DNA of 64,000 nucleotides, from the NCBI GenBank assembly GCA_026388415.1, contig JAPLJV010000006.1:48556-112555 (forward strand), written 5' to 3'. This DNA comes from Deltaproteobacteria bacterium (GTDB lineage: Bacteria > Desulfobacterota > Syntrophia > Syntrophales > JACQWR01). The translations under genes and the position numbers were made by a program. The notes beneath the pieces are model-generated. The model made no database searches. It saw only the letters and a program-made list of their open reading frames with translations, and was not told the DNA's origin. Positions 1-9,944 of the stretch are shown piece after piece; position 1 is the first letter of the stretch, and each line of letters begins with the position of its first letter.

Positions 1-1
1 C

Positions 2-145
2 ATAAAAGAAGAATTATATAACAATCAGAGATGTTATACTTTTAAGGGTAATGATTTAGAAGGGCATCCAGGTGAGGTGGTAATTTCATTAAATGCCGGC
101 GCAAGAAAGATGGTTATCATTACCGTTAAGGGAGGGGTAAAATGA
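2..145 (+). CDS. partial ORF (last 47 codons), putative toxin partner of the downstream MqsA-like antitoxin (DUF4258-like?)
   Basis: Open frame from the window edge (...RCYTFKGNDLEGHPGEVVISLNAGARKMVIITVKGGVK*). Its TGA overlaps the ATG of the next ORF (ATGA). The family call is tentative and rests on the ...IITV C-terminus and the gene context. Confidence 0.3.
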   Translation: MKEELYNNQRCYTFKGNDLEGHPGEVVISLNAGARKMVIITVKGGVK

Positions 146-687
146 AAAAATGTTGGGTTTGTGAAAAAGATTTAGAAGTCATAAAAGATCAACCATATCA
201 ATATAAAGAAAGTGGCTTAGACAATGTATATTTGCATGGGATAATTCAATACAAATGTCATAATTGTGGAGAAGAAGCGCCGGAAATACCAAATCTTAAA
301 GAACTACACTTGCTTATTGGTAAATCAATTATATGCAATAATGAGTATTTGTCCTCCCAAGAGATTATATATCTACGAAAAGAACTTGGCTTAAAAGGCA
401 AAGAGATGGCAGAACTTCTATCAGTAACCCCTCAAGAATATTCTAAATGGGAAAATTCAAAAGATATTATTTCTTCTGGATGCGATAAACATTTACGATT
501 GCTTTATATTTTGAATGCAGATTTTGAAACAGGCAAAGTATTGCATAGTGGACTTAGATTTATGAAACAAATGTCATTCGCAAAAAAAGCAATTTATAGA
601 AGTGTGGACAAAAGAATCGCACTAAGTGTGTCTGAGTGGATTAAGCCAGAAGCCCCTTTATTTAGAGAAGACTGCTTCGCTAATTGA
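142..687 (+). CDS. MqsA-like antitoxin (CxxC...CxxC zinc ribbon + XRE-type HTH)
   Basis: N-terminal CWVCEKDL...CHNCGEE zinc-ribbon pattern, followed by LSSQEIIYLRKELGLKGKEMAELLSVTPQEYSKWE, a typical HTH_XRE segment. The 4-nt overlap with the upstream ORF fits a TA operon. Confidence 0.7.
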   Translation: MKKCWVCEKDLEVIKDQPYQYKESGLDNVYLHGIIQYKCHNCGEEAPEIPNLKELHLLIGKSIICNNEYLSSQEIIYLRKELGLKGKEMAELLSVTPQEYSKWENSKDIISSGCDKHLRLLYILNADFETGKVLHSGLRFMKQMSFAKKAIYRSVDKRIALSVSEWIKPEAPLFREDCFAN

Positions 688-886
688 ATAGTAATAGAAT
701 AATTTCTTCCAACGTCCACACATGATCCGTTACCGTTGCTTCGATTGCCGGTGTTACCCTTAAAGTCTTATGCAGCCTGGAAAAGTTGTAGTGCATAAAG
801 TATAAGGCTACAGAAAAATATAGATTTTCAACCATCTTGCTAAATCCATTAGTTAGCCTTGTAAACCGGCGCAAAGACATACGCAT
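680..886 (-). pseudogene. C-terminal remnant of a DDE transposase (IS1/IS1595-like)
   Basis: The 68 aa RFTRLTNGFSKMVENL...YFMHYNFSRLHKTLRVTPAIEATVTDHVWTLEEI match the conserved C-terminal tail of this transposase type. A stop lies immediately upstream in frame, so only the tail remains. Confidence 0.55.
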
Positions 887-945
887 GGTAAGGTTTCATA
901 ATATGCCTATGATTATTATGGCTAACCTCCAAGCATTACCAAAGA

Positions 946-974
946 CCCTGGCTATTTTGGCCGGGGTTTTTTAT
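946..974 (+). terminator. rho-independent terminator-like hairpin
   Basis: CCCTGGC-tattttg-GCCGGGG stem (7 bp including one G-U pair), followed by TTTTTTAT. Confidence 0.45.
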
Positions 975-1096
975 GGGCCGAAAATCCAAAAGTGGTAAAG
1001 GAGCGATTCTGAGACGGTGGATCTTCTGATTGATGGGCCGGTGTGAGAGCATCCGCCCTTTTTATAAAATATTTTCCGTCTATAAGGTATTAAATC

Positions 1097-1164
1097 TTGT
1101 ACCCCGATTTGTACCCCGGCGATTTTTACAACAAAAAAGGGGTACAAATTACTTTGTAACCCCT
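1097..1164. repeat. cluster of four TTGTA(A)CCCC / GGGGTACAA short repeats next to the tRNA-Pro 3' end
   Basis: TTGTACCCC at 1097 and 1109, inverted GGGGTACAA at 1139, TTGTAACCCC at 1155. The cluster ends 10 nt from the tRNA 3' end. Confidence 0.5.
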
Positions 1165-1173
1165 TGATTTTAA

Positions 1174-1250
<77 letters not shown>

Positions 1251-1429
1251 ACTTTTATAGTGGCGGTCATTATCACCATAGGCCGGGCATGTCAAGGTCA
1301 ATCGTCTCAACGAAAAACAACTTGAAATTTCGGCGGAATTAAATTAAACTGACGGGAATGTTTATTACGACTTCATATAGCATAGGTACAAAGCTGGGTT
1401 GGCGAAGCTTATTTCTCGTGAGATTGCAG

Positions 1430-2026
1430 ATGGCAGGAGAAAAAATCAGAGTATTAATTTTGTTGATATTTATCGGTCTTGCTCTTCCCCAGGTTTCATC
1501 GGCGGATATTTACAAATACGTTGATGAGGAGGGGGTGCTCCATCTTACCAACGTTCCAACGGAAATTAACGCCAAGTATGTATTGGTGCTGCGAGAGAAG
1601 CCTGTCCACTTCATGGTAGGCACTGATATAACCAAATACGATCATCTTATCAACCGGGCGGCAGATAAATACAAGGTAGATCCATCGCTGATCAAGGCCG
1701 TCATCAAGGCCGAATCCAACTTCAATCATCAGGCCGTTTCCCCCGTCGGCGCGCGCGGCCTGATGCAACTCATGCCCACCACAGCCACTTACCTGCAGGT
1801 CGCAGATTCTTTTCATCCGGAGAACAACATTGAAGGGGGCGTGCGTTACCTCCGTTATCTTTTAAACCTTTACCACGGAAACCTGCCCCTTGCTTTATCC
1901 GCCTACAATGCGGGAGAAGGCGCTGTAAGCCGTTATAACAACCAGATGCCACCCTATCGGGAAACCCAGGATTACGTCAAGCGGGTCATGAGCTATTACA
2001 ATCGGTATCTTGCCGACAGGAAATAA
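1430..2026 (+). CDS. lytic transglycosylase (SLT domain) with DUF4124-like N-terminus
   Basis: AESNFNHQAVSPVGARGLMQLMP is the SLT catalytic motif and IYKYVDEEGVLHLTN is DUF4124-like. The ORF is open from 1358, but the ATG at 1430 precedes the signal-peptide-like segment. Confidence 0.8.
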   Translation: MAGEKIRVLILLIFIGLALPQVSSADIYKYVDEEGVLHLTNVPTEINAKYVLVLREKPVHFMVGTDITKYDHLINRAADKYKVDPSLIKAVIKAESNFNHQAVSPVGARGLMQLMPTTATYLQVADSFHPENNIEGGVRYLRYLLNLYHGNLPLALSAYNAGEGAVSRYNNQMPPYRETQDYVKRVMSYYNRYLADRK

Positions 2027-2038
2027 CGATACTGTCCC

Positions 2039-2662
2039 TCAAGGCAAAGCAAAGAAATATTTCTTTAATTTATCGAATTTTTTCTCTTTAATACCGCTAA
2101 GTTCCTGCAATTCTTCCAGGCTTTGAAAACTTCCCTTTGCCTCCCGGAGGGCGATGATTTGCATCGCAGTTTTCTCGCCAATGCCGGGGACAAGGACCAG
2201 GTCTTCAAAGCCGGCCTTATTAATATCCACGGGCAAGTCCAGCGCCAGGGACTGCGCCGCACTCATTTTACCTATGTGGGGACACCTTTCCAAAAAAGGT
2301 GTCCCCAAGGCAGGCGCAATACTGGTCAGATAAACTTCATCACCAGTCTGCAGCCTGCGAGAGCCCATGCCTCCTTCGAACTCCGGTGGAATTGTCGTCC
2401 GTATCGCCGTCATAAGGTCGGAGATCGTTGCCCCCGGCGCCATGAAGTACACGCCTCGCTCTTGTCCATTCAAGTTCAAGGCAATCGTCAGCATTCCCTT
2501 TTCTCTCTTGCTGAACGGCTCGGCCTGGGTAGCCGAAGATCCCCCCACGGGCATCAGAATATTGATGACATAGAGCAATACCGCCAGGGCAACCATGACG
2601 GCCAGACCATCCGCCTGTTGGCTCGTAAGTTCCAGTTGCTCTTTGTATTTCAGATCACCCAT
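2039..2662 (-). CDS. comEA: ComEA-family helix-hairpin-helix DNA-binding protein
   Basis: C-terminal VDINKAGFEDLVLVPGIGEKTAMQIIALRE...FQSLEELQELSGI is a tandem HhH, and there is one N-terminal TM segment. The ATG at 2662 avoids overlap with lysC; the ORF is open to 2707. Confidence 0.75.
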   Translation of the reverse strand: MGDLKYKEQLELTSQQADGLAVMVALAVLLYVINILMPVGGSSATQAEPFSKREKGMLTIALNLNGQERGVYFMAPGATISDLMTAIRTTIPPEFEGGMGSRRLQTGDEVYLTSIAPALGTPFLERCPHIGKMSAAQSLALDLPVDINKAGFEDLVLVPGIGEKTAMQIIALREAKGSFQSLEELQELSGIKEKKFDKLKKYFFALP

Positions 2663-2684
2663 AGGGATAGATCGGCCAAAAAAA

Positions 2685-3908
2685 TCAAGTTTTTTTGTCC
2701 AGGCCAAAGGCGTTGTGGAGAACAGTAACGGCCAGCTCTGTGTATTTGGCCCTGACCACGCAAGATATCTTGATCTCGGACGTGCTGATCATCAAAATAT
2801 TTATGCCCTCCGCAGCCAGAACGGAAAACATCCGGGCCGCAACGCCGGAGTGACTGATCATGCCCACACCGATAATTGACACTTTAGCCACGTCCTCATC
2901 TACCTCCAACCGGTCCGCACCGATTTCCTTAACCACCGCCTCTACTATACGGCGGGCTTCCTGGATATCTTTCCGGGAAACCGTAAAGGTCAAATCGGTA
3001 CACCCATCAACGCTCGCATTCTGGATGATCATGTCCACGACGATGTTGTGCTCGGAAAGCGGCATAAACAAATGCGCCGCCACACCAGGTCGGTCGGGAA
3101 CGCGGACTACGGTAATCTTCGCCTGGTCGCGATCGTAGGTTACTCCGGATACTACTTCCTTTTCCATCTCCCTATCCTCCTTGGTCACCAAAGTTCCACC
3201 CTCGTCAGTAAAAGAGGATTTTACATAAACGGGCACCGAATATTTTTTCGCCAACTCCACCGAACGGGGCTGGAGCACCTTGGCCCCCGCCCTGGCCATC
3301 TCCAGCATTTCATCGTAAGAGATTTTATCTAAGCGGCGGGCGTTGCTGCAGATATTGGGATCGGTGGTATAGACGCCATCAACATCAGTATAAATATCGC
3401 ATACATCCGCCCCCAGCGCCGCTGCCAGTGCCACGGCACTCGTGTCGGAGCCGCCCCGCCCCAAGGTGGTAATATTATTTTCATCATCCACACCCTGAAA
3501 TCCCGCAACTACAACGATAACACCCTTTTTAAGCTCACTTTCGATTAATTCCTTATCCACACTCACGATCCGGGCCTTCGTGTAGGCCTGATCAGTGCGA
3601 ATCTTGACCTGAAAACCCAGCAGGGACCGGGCCTGATAGCCCATCTTACGCAACACTATTGCCAGCAGGGTTACTGTAACCTGCTCCCCGGTGGAAATAA
3701 GCGAATCGTATTCCATTTTATCCGGATTGCCCGCCCCCGCCTTCTGGGCAAGCTGGATAAGGCGATCCGTTTCGCCCGCCATGGCCGAAAGAACGACCAC
3801 AAGTTCATGACCGGCTTTTTTCGCGCGTATTACCTTCTCCGCCACCTTCTCAATCTTTTCCAGATTGGCCACCGAGGTGCCGCCATATTTTTGCACAACT
3901 ATTGACAT
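2685..3908 (-). CDS. lysC: aspartate kinase
   Basis: MSIVVQKYGGTSV... kinase motif, 407 aa, C-terminal ACT-domain region. Confidence 0.92.
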   Translation of the reverse strand: MSIVVQKYGGTSVANLEKIEKVAEKVIRAKKAGHELVVVLSAMAGETDRLIQLAQKAGAGNPDKMEYDSLISTGEQVTVTLLAIVLRKMGYQARSLLGFQVKIRTDQAYTKARIVSVDKELIESELKKGVIVVVAGFQGVDDENNITTLGRGGSDTSAVALAAALGADVCDIYTDVDGVYTTDPNICSNARRLDKISYDEMLEMARAGAKVLQPRSVELAKKYSVPVYVKSSFTDEGGTLVTKEDREMEKEVVSGVTYDRDQAKITVVRVPDRPGVAAHLFMPLSEHNIVVDMIIQNASVDGCTDLTFTVSRKDIQEARRIVEAVVKEIGADRLEVDEDVAKVSIIGVGMISHSGVAARMFSVLAAEGINILMISTSEIKISCVVRAKYTELAVTVLHNAFGLDKKT

Positions 3909-3952
3909 CCGCTATCAACCTCCTTCTTTTAGTTTTTCTGCCTTATATCAGT

Positions 3953-4453
3953 TTAACTCCGCTCTATCAAAAGCCGATTTATTTCCTTCCGGTTACGGGA
4001 AATGACAATTCTGCGCCTGTTTTCATCAATATAGGTGAGGAAAATGAAAAATGCGCCGGCCGGCAAAACCTCCTTGATCTTTTCAGCCCATTCCATTACG
4101 ACAACGCTACGATCGTTAAAACAGTCTTCATATCCTATCTCGTCAAGATCCCGCACGCCTGACAGACGGTACAGGTCAAGATGATAAAGAGTGAGTCGGC
4201 CCGGATATTCATTGATGATCGTAAAGGTGGGGCTGGTAACCCGGTACTCCTCCGGGACCCCCAAACCCCTGGCGATTCCCTGGGTCAGGCAGGTTTTTCC
4301 CGCCCCCAATTCTCCGCAAAGGGCCAGCACGTCACCAGGTTGCAGGTTTTCACCCAAAAACTTTCCGAAATCATAGGTCTGCTGCGGGTCATCAGAAATC
4401 CAGGTAGAATCATCCATGGAAAATGCGCAACAAGTTTGCGTCGCTTCAAGCAT
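3953..4453 (-). CDS. tsaE: tRNA t6A biosynthesis ATPase TsaE
   Basis: GELGAGKT P-loop followed by ...[10 protein letters not shown]...HLDLYRL, the typical TsaE signature. Confidence 0.85.
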   Translation of the reverse strand: MLEATQTCCAFSMDDSTWISDDPQQTYDFGKFLGENLQPGDVLALCGELGAGKTCLTQGIARGLGVPEEYRVTSPTFTIINEYPGRLTLYHLDLYRLSGVRDLDEIGYEDCFNDRSVVVMEWAEKIKEVLPAGAFFIFLTYIDENRRRIVISRNRKEINRLLIERS

Positions 4454-4841
4454 GGGGAGGCCCAGCCTTTTCCAGAATCACCACGGCGGTTGCGGCATGC
4501 CGCGTATGAGACAGGCTTAAGTGCGTCGCCGACACCCTGAGGCGACGCAACATGCCTTTCGCCCTGCCCCGCAGTCTGACTTCCGGTTTTCCGCGTTGAT
4601 CGCTCACGACTTCAATCTCCTGTAACGAAAGCCCCATGCCCAAGCCTATGCCCAGGGACTTAAGCAAGGACTCTTTGGCCGCAAACCGGGCCGCAAAATG
4701 CATCGCCGGCAGCGCCCGGTTATGGCAATAAGCGATTTCACCGGGAGTAAAAACCCGCTCCACAAAGCGATTGCCCCATCTGGCGATGATGCCCGCCATC
4801 CGCTGGACCTCCACAATATCTATTCCTGTGCCGTAAATCAT
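4446..4841 (-). CDS. acpS: holo-ACP synthase
   Basis: MIYGTGIDIVEVQRM start and FAAKESLLK motif, 131 aa. Confidence 0.88.
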   Translation of the reverse strand: MIYGTGIDIVEVQRMAGIIARWGNRFVERVFTPGEIAYCHNRALPAMHFAARFAAKESLLKSLGIGLGMGLSLQEIEVVSDQRGKPEVRLRGRAKGMLRRLRVSATHLSLSHTRHAATAVVILEKAGPPHA

Positions 4842-4874
4842 AATAACCCCATGCCCGGAGTGGGCTCAAGGAAG

Positions 4875-4932
4875 TATGAAAATCCCCCCTTAACCCCCCT
4901 TTAGTAAAGGGGGGGATGGGAGGATTTTCATA
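4875..4932. repeat. long palindromic REP-like element
   Basis: Outer arms TATGAAAATCC / GGATTTTCATA enclose the inner hairpin CCCCCCTTT-agt-AAAGGGGGG. It lies in the acpS-folP spacer. Confidence 0.7.
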
Positions 4933-4936
4933 TAAA

Positions 4937-5791
4937 TCAGTTACTCATGATCGCATCGGTCATGGCGGCGACTTTTTTCATGGCGGCCACGTCATGTACC
5001 CTGATGACGGCGCTGCCGTTTATAATGGCCACCGCCACTGCCGCCGCCGTCCCTTCCACGCGATCCCGGGCCTCGCCGCCCGTCACGGAGCCGATAAAAG
5101 ATTTGCGCGACACACCTGTCAGGATGGGCCGTCCGAGAACCTGGAAGCGGGCCAGGTGCTTCAAAATCCGCATGTTATCTACCGCCGTTTTTCCGAATCC
5201 GATACCGGGATCGAGCATCGTCCTGTCTCTTTCCACACCACCGTCAAGGGCGTTTTGCAGTCTGGCGCGCAGAAAATTGCTGATGTCTTCGATAAGGGAT
5301 GGATAATAAAGAGAACCTTTCTGCATGTCTTTCGGCATGCCCCGCATATGCATGAGGATCAGCCCGGCGCCGGTTGCCGCCGCAACTGTCAACATTTGCC
5401 GATCAAATCTCAACGCACTTACATCATTGATTATTTCCGCACCGTGGGCCACAGCTTCCTTGGCCACCAAAGCTTTCATCGTATCAACGGAGATGGGTAC
5501 GTCCAGCCTGGCCGCGAGTTTCTCAATGACTGGTATTACCCTGCCCAGCTCTTCCTCCGGCGACACGGACTTCGAATCAGGACGCGTGGACTCGCCGCCG
5601 ATATCCAGCATATCCGCACCGGCTTCGACTAAGCGCTCACCCTCCGCAACTGCTGCCGCAAGTGTGGAAAAGCAACCGCCGTCAGAAAAGGAATCCGGGG
5701 TAACATTCAGGATCCCCATGATCAAGGTGCGCTCCCCGCAGATTATTTCCCTCCGGCAGGTTTTGAAAATAATTTTGTCTGTTACGTTCAA
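4937..5791 (-). CDS. folP: dihydropteroate synthase
   Basis: GILNVTPDSFSDGG and DIGGESTRP motifs. Confidence 0.92.
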   Translation of the reverse strand: MNVTDKIIFKTCRREIICGERTLIMGILNVTPDSFSDGGCFSTLAAAVAEGERLVEAGADMLDIGGESTRPDSKSVSPEEELGRVIPVIEKLAARLDVPISVDTMKALVAKEAVAHGAEIINDVSALRFDRQMLTVAAATGAGLILMHMRGMPKDMQKGSLYYPSLIEDISNFLRARLQNALDGGVERDRTMLDPGIGFGKTAVDNMRILKHLARFQVLGRPILTGVSRKSFIGSVTGGEARDRVEGTAAAVAVAIINGSAVIRVHDVAAMKKVAAMTDAIMSN

Positions 5792-5792
5792 G

Positions 5793-7655
5793 CTAATTGC
5801 TCACGACCGGGGCATCCGCCGTCGCTGCCACCGCTTCCGCCGGTAGATCCACCGGGGCAGGGGAGGGCGGCTTTAAGCCGATGAGGGCATCGAGTTCCGG
5901 CATGTTCAAGACTTCCTTTTCCAGCAGCTCAGCGGCGATGCGGTGCAATATCTCCATGTGTTCGGACAATATCTCGAGCGCTTTTTCGTAACTATCGGTG
6001 ACGATGCCCGTAACTTCCTCGTCAATCTTCACCGCCGTATCTTCGCTGTAATCCTTGTGCGTCGCTATTTCCCGGCCCAGGAAGATTTGTTCTTCTTTTT
6101 TGCCGTAACTGAGCGGCCCCATTCGGTCGCTCATGCCCCATTCGCAGACCATTTTCCGGGCCAGGTTGGTGGCTCTTTCGATGTCATTGCCGGCGCCGGT
6201 GGTAAATTCATGCATGACTAATTTCTCCGCCGCCCGACCGCCCAGGAGGATAGTAATGTTACTCAGCAGAAATTGGCGGTTATAGGTGTGCTTTTCGTCA
6301 ATGGGCAGTTGTTGTGTCAAACCAAGCGCCCGGCCGCGCGGAATGATGGTTACTTTGTGGATCGGATCCGTACCGGGCAGCAATCTGGCCACCAGGGCAT
6401 GTCCCGATTCGTGATAGGCCGTATTACGCTTTTCTTCATCACTGATGACCATGCTCTTTCTTTCACTGCCCATCAGTACCTTGTCTTTGGCAAATTCGAA
6501 ATCGCTCATGCTGACCAAATCCTTGCCTGTCCGGGCGGCGTAAAGAGCAGCCTCGTTAACGAGGTTTTCTATATCCGCGCCCGAAGATCCCGGCGTGCCA
6601 CGGGCAATGACGGCAAGGTCCACATCAGGGGCCAAAGGCGTCTTCTGGGTATGGACGATGAATATTTTCTCCCGGCCCCTGACATCGGGCAGGGGAACGA
6701 TCACCTGACGGTCAAAACGGCCCGGTCTCAACAGTGCCGGGTCCAGCACGTCCGGACGGTTGGTAGCGGAGACCAGGATTACGCCTTCGTTAGATTCAAA
6801 ACCATCCATCTCCACCAGCAGCTGATTCAGGGTCTGCTCCCGTTCGTCATGTCCGCCGCCGAGGCCGGCGCCCCGGTGCCTGCCCACCGCATCAATTTCA
6901 TCTATGAAGATGATGCAGGGCGCATTCTTTTTCGCCTGGGTGAAAAGGTCCCTGACGCGCGAGGCGCCGACACCTACGAACATCTCCACAAAGTCGGACC
7001 CGCTGATGCTGAAAAACGGGACATCTGCCTCGCCGGCGATGGCTCTCGCCAGAAGGGTCTTGCCGGTGCCAGGCGAACCAACGAGCAGCAAACCCTTCGG
7101 AATCCTGCCCCCCAGCCGGGTAAATTTTTTCGGATCTTTTAAAAAATCAATAACCTCCTGTAGTTCCGACTTTGCCTCGTCAATCCCGGCCACGTCGGCA
7201 AAGGTTATTTTTTTGGACTTGTCTGTTTGCAGTCTGGCCCTGCTTTTTCCGAAGGCCATGGCCTTGCCGCCGCCGGACTGCATCTGGCGCATGAAGAAAA
7301 TCCAGACGCCGATTAGCAGGATCATGGGAAACCACGATACGAGCACGGTCATAAACCAGGGAGAATCATCCAGTGGCTTGGCAACGATGCGCACCCCTTT
7401 TTCTTTCAGCAGCGGTATTAGCTCCGGATCTTGCGGAGCAAAGGTTTTAAAACTCTTTCCCGTGCCCAGCTTACCCGTAATGTTTTCCCCCTGGATGATA
7501 ACTTCCTGCACCTGTCCCTTATCAACATAGCTTATGAAATCACTGAATATTACATTTTCATGAACGGCCTTGGGCTGATTAAAAAGGTGGTACGCGAAGA
7601 TAAAGATAAGACTTACGACCAGCCAAAGAGCAACATTTTTTTGCAGCGGATTCAA
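5793..7655 (-). CDS. ftsH: ATP-dependent zinc metalloprotease FtsH
   Basis: Two N-terminal TM segments, Walker A GSPGTGKT, zinc site HESGHAL, 620 aa. Confidence 0.95.
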   Translation of the reverse strand: MNPLQKNVALWLVVSLIFIFAYHLFNQPKAVHENVIFSDFISYVDKGQVQEVIIQGENITGKLGTGKSFKTFAPQDPELIPLLKEKGVRIVAKPLDDSPWFMTVLVSWFPMILLIGVWIFFMRQMQSGGGKAMAFGKSRARLQTDKSKKITFADVAGIDEAKSELQEVIDFLKDPKKFTRLGGRIPKGLLLVGSPGTGKTLLARAIAGEADVPFFSISGSDFVEMFVGVGASRVRDLFTQAKKNAPCIIFIDEIDAVGRHRGAGLGGGHDEREQTLNQLLVEMDGFESNEGVILVSATNRPDVLDPALLRPGRFDRQVIVPLPDVRGREKIFIVHTQKTPLAPDVDLAVIARGTPGSSGADIENLVNEAALYAARTGKDLVSMSDFEFAKDKVLMGSERKSMVISDEEKRNTAYHESGHALVARLLPGTDPIHKVTIIPRGRALGLTQQLPIDEKHTYNRQFLLSNITILLGGRAAEKLVMHEFTTGAGNDIERATNLARKMVCEWGMSDRMGPLSYGKKEEQIFLGREIATHKDYSEDTAVKIDEEVTGIVTDSYEKALEILSEHMEILHRIAAELLEKEVLNMPELDALIGLKPPSPAPVDLPAEAVAATADAPVVSN

Positions 7656-7743
7656 TCTGACTCTCCTAACAAGTTAATCATGGGCAGTTAATCAAGGGCT
7701 GATGCCCCTGTTTCTTTCTCCTTACATTAAGCACGCCGTATTT

Positions 7744-9186
7744 TCAAATAATTTCTACTTTGAGCACCTGTCGTGTTTTTTCCGTAACGCCTACCCGGGA
7801 GCTTATCCGCAGGCCGGGAACCCATATTACCGATTGCTGATCAGCCAGCAGGGGCAACAGGTGCCTCCCCGCACGAGGCACCTTTTCATCAATGAAAAGT
7901 GCTTTTAGTTTTTTCTTGCCCGTCATACCCAGCGGTTGCAGCCAGTCCCCGGGAATTACATTCCTGATGACTAAAGGCGGGCTCATCGCTCCGTAATCCA
8001 GATAGGCTAAACGGGCTCCCGGCGTGGAAATAAGGGCTTGGCCGGGCTTGTCGGCAAATTGAAAGCTGATGGACAGGCCCGCCTCCTTCACCTCTACCCG
8101 CCCCGGTATATCTACGGGATAACAATAATTGAGATTTCCCGCTATCCGTCTGCCGGCGGGAAAGTCAGGCCGGTCTGCCAGGCGCGAAAAAATCATGGTA
8201 TGGTATTCACGCCGCAGCAGGACGCCGCCCGGAAGATCCAGACTGGCGCTGCCGTGAGATCCACGCGCCAAAGCAAGGGCAGCCGAGACATGTTTATAGC
8301 CGATGCCCTGGCCTGACCGGGACGTCCTGGCCAATAAATTTTTTATTACCCGTTGCTGGAGGGCGGCGTGCAACTTGAGAAACTCCGTAAGCGGCAGTCT
8401 CCTGTCCCCATCCGGGCCGGAAATACTCCAGCGGCAGAGCCATTCTTCAACTTCCGTCGCCAGGTAGTCGTCATCGAGACGCATGATTTCGGCCGTACGG
8501 GACAGATTCTCCTCAACCCGCCGATTAAAGCCCTCTTTCAGGAGGGGGAGGAGGTGGTGCCTGATTCTGTTGCGGAGATAACAATCATGGGCATTGGAAC
8601 TGTCGGTCGTGAATGAAAGCCCCATCTCTTCAAGAAAAGCAAAAATTTCTTTTTTCGTGACTTGCAGCAAGGGCCGAATGATCAGTCCTTCCCGCACCGG
8701 CAGCATTCCCCTTAAACCCTCAGCGCCACTGCCTCTGAGGAGATTCATAAGTACCGTCTCGGCCTGATCCTGGAGATGATGTCCCAGGGCAATTTTGGTG
8801 GCCTGGCAATCGTCCGCGACTTTTTTCAGGAAGGCGTACCGCTGCTCGCGGCATAGCTCCTCCAGTGATTTCCCCGGTTCCTTTAAGGCGGCAATGTCTA
8901 TTTTCCCGCCTACGTATTCCACGCCCATACTCTGGCTCAACGAGCGGACAAAATCTTCCTCCCCGTCTGCCTCGGCGCCTCTCAGGCCATGATTCAGATG
9001 GGCGACAACGAGGGAGAGCTTATATTCGGCGGCGATCAAGGTAAGCGCCTTCAACAGGGCCACCGAGTCGGGGCCGCCGGAAACTGCCGCTATTAACCGC
9101 TCCCCCCGCTCCAGCATGGCGTGGTGCGCAATTGTCTTTCGTACTTTATTCAACATAAGCAAATCAACAAAACATGGTCTTAACAT
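7744..9186 (-). CDS. tilS: tRNA(Ile)-lysidine synthase
   Basis: PP-loop SGGPDSVAL and a TilS C-terminal domain. The true start may be the internal MLNKVRK. Confidence 0.88.
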   Translation of the reverse strand: MLRPCFVDLLMLNKVRKTIAHHAMLERGERLIAAVSGGPDSVALLKALTLIAAEYKLSLVVAHLNHGLRGAEADGEEDFVRSLSQSMGVEYVGGKIDIAALKEPGKSLEELCREQRYAFLKKVADDCQATKIALGHHLQDQAETVLMNLLRGSGAEGLRGMLPVREGLIIRPLLQVTKKEIFAFLEEMGLSFTTDSSNAHDCYLRNRIRHHLLPLLKEGFNRRVEENLSRTAEIMRLDDDYLATEVEEWLCRWSISGPDGDRRLPLTEFLKLHAALQQRVIKNLLARTSRSGQGIGYKHVSAALALARGSHGSASLDLPGGVLLRREYHTMIFSRLADRPDFPAGRRIAGNLNYCYPVDIPGRVEVKEAGLSISFQFADKPGQALISTPGARLAYLDYGAMSPPLVIRNVIPGDWLQPLGMTGKKKLKALFIDEKVPRAGRHLLPLLADQQSVIWVPGLRISSRVGVTEKTRQVLKVEII

Positions 9187-9808
9187 CCACCAGGTGCTCG
9201 CAGGTAAAATCCGGTTGCAGAGCCAGCAGGACTTCTCTGGGGGTAAAGCCGTTCAGCAGGCCGCATGATTTGATGCCGGCGTTCCTGGCCAATTGTAAAT
9301 CGGCAATTCCGTCCCCGAAAATGATAGCCTGGTGTGGCTCAACGTGGAAGCGCGCCAGGACGGGCAGCAAGATCCGGGCATCGGGCTTCATGAAAGGAGT
9401 GGTTCCCATACCGATAATATCGTCAAACCGAACGGTAAGAGAAAATCCATCGGTAATCTTCCGGGTCATATTTTCACGTTTGTTCGTAATGATCATCTTC
9501 TTTTTGTGGCTGAAGAAATCCAGGACATCGGTCACGCCGGAATAAAGAGCTGCATTATCCAGGAGATGTGCTTCGTAATAGGCAATGAAGATGGCCAGCG
9601 CCTCGGCATAGCGATCTTGATGCTTCGATCCTATCAAGCGCTCCACAAGCTTGTCCGTCCCATCACCCACCAGGCGGATTACTTCTTTATCATCCATGAT
9701 CGGCAGGTCAAGAGCCTGGCGCGTGAAATTAACGGCGGCAATGATGTCGGCGGACGTGTCAACCAACGTCCCATCCAGGTCAAAAATCATCAGATCAAAC
9801 ATTTGCAT
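9164..9808 (-). CDS. HAD-family hydrolase (phosphoglycolate phosphatase-like)
   Basis: FDLDGTLVDT motif I and GDGIADL motif IV. Confidence 0.75.
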   Translation of the reverse strand: MQMFDLMIFDLDGTLVDTSADIIAAVNFTRQALDLPIMDDKEVIRLVGDGTDKLVERLIGSKHQDRYAEALAIFIAYYEAHLLDNAALYSGVTDVLDFFSHKKKMIITNKRENMTRKITDGFSLTVRFDDIIGMGTTPFMKPDARILLPVLARFHVEPHQAIIFGDGIADLQLARNAGIKSCGLLNGFTPREVLLALQPDFTCEHLVDVKTMFC

Positions 9809-9944
9809 GGTTTTATCACTTTCTCATGTTCGTTGTTTTGAGCACCGTATAATGACTGTTCCATCAAAAGTCGTCAAGTTGAATTTGTATTGACGCTATC
9901 ACAGTCATTGTGTTAGGTTTTTCTACAAGAGAGGACAATTACCG

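Noticed and set aside
6273-7142. 289-aa plus-strand ORF opposite ftsH. The same pattern occurs at 13836-14810 opposite htpG, 44721-45578 opposite pyrK, 46109-46732 opposite pyrD, 27924-28616 opposite recG and 48253-49174 opposite glyS/glyQ.
   Set aside because: All of them overlap highly conserved housekeeping genes on the other strand and have a non-protein-like composition. I treat them as antisense shadow ORFs.
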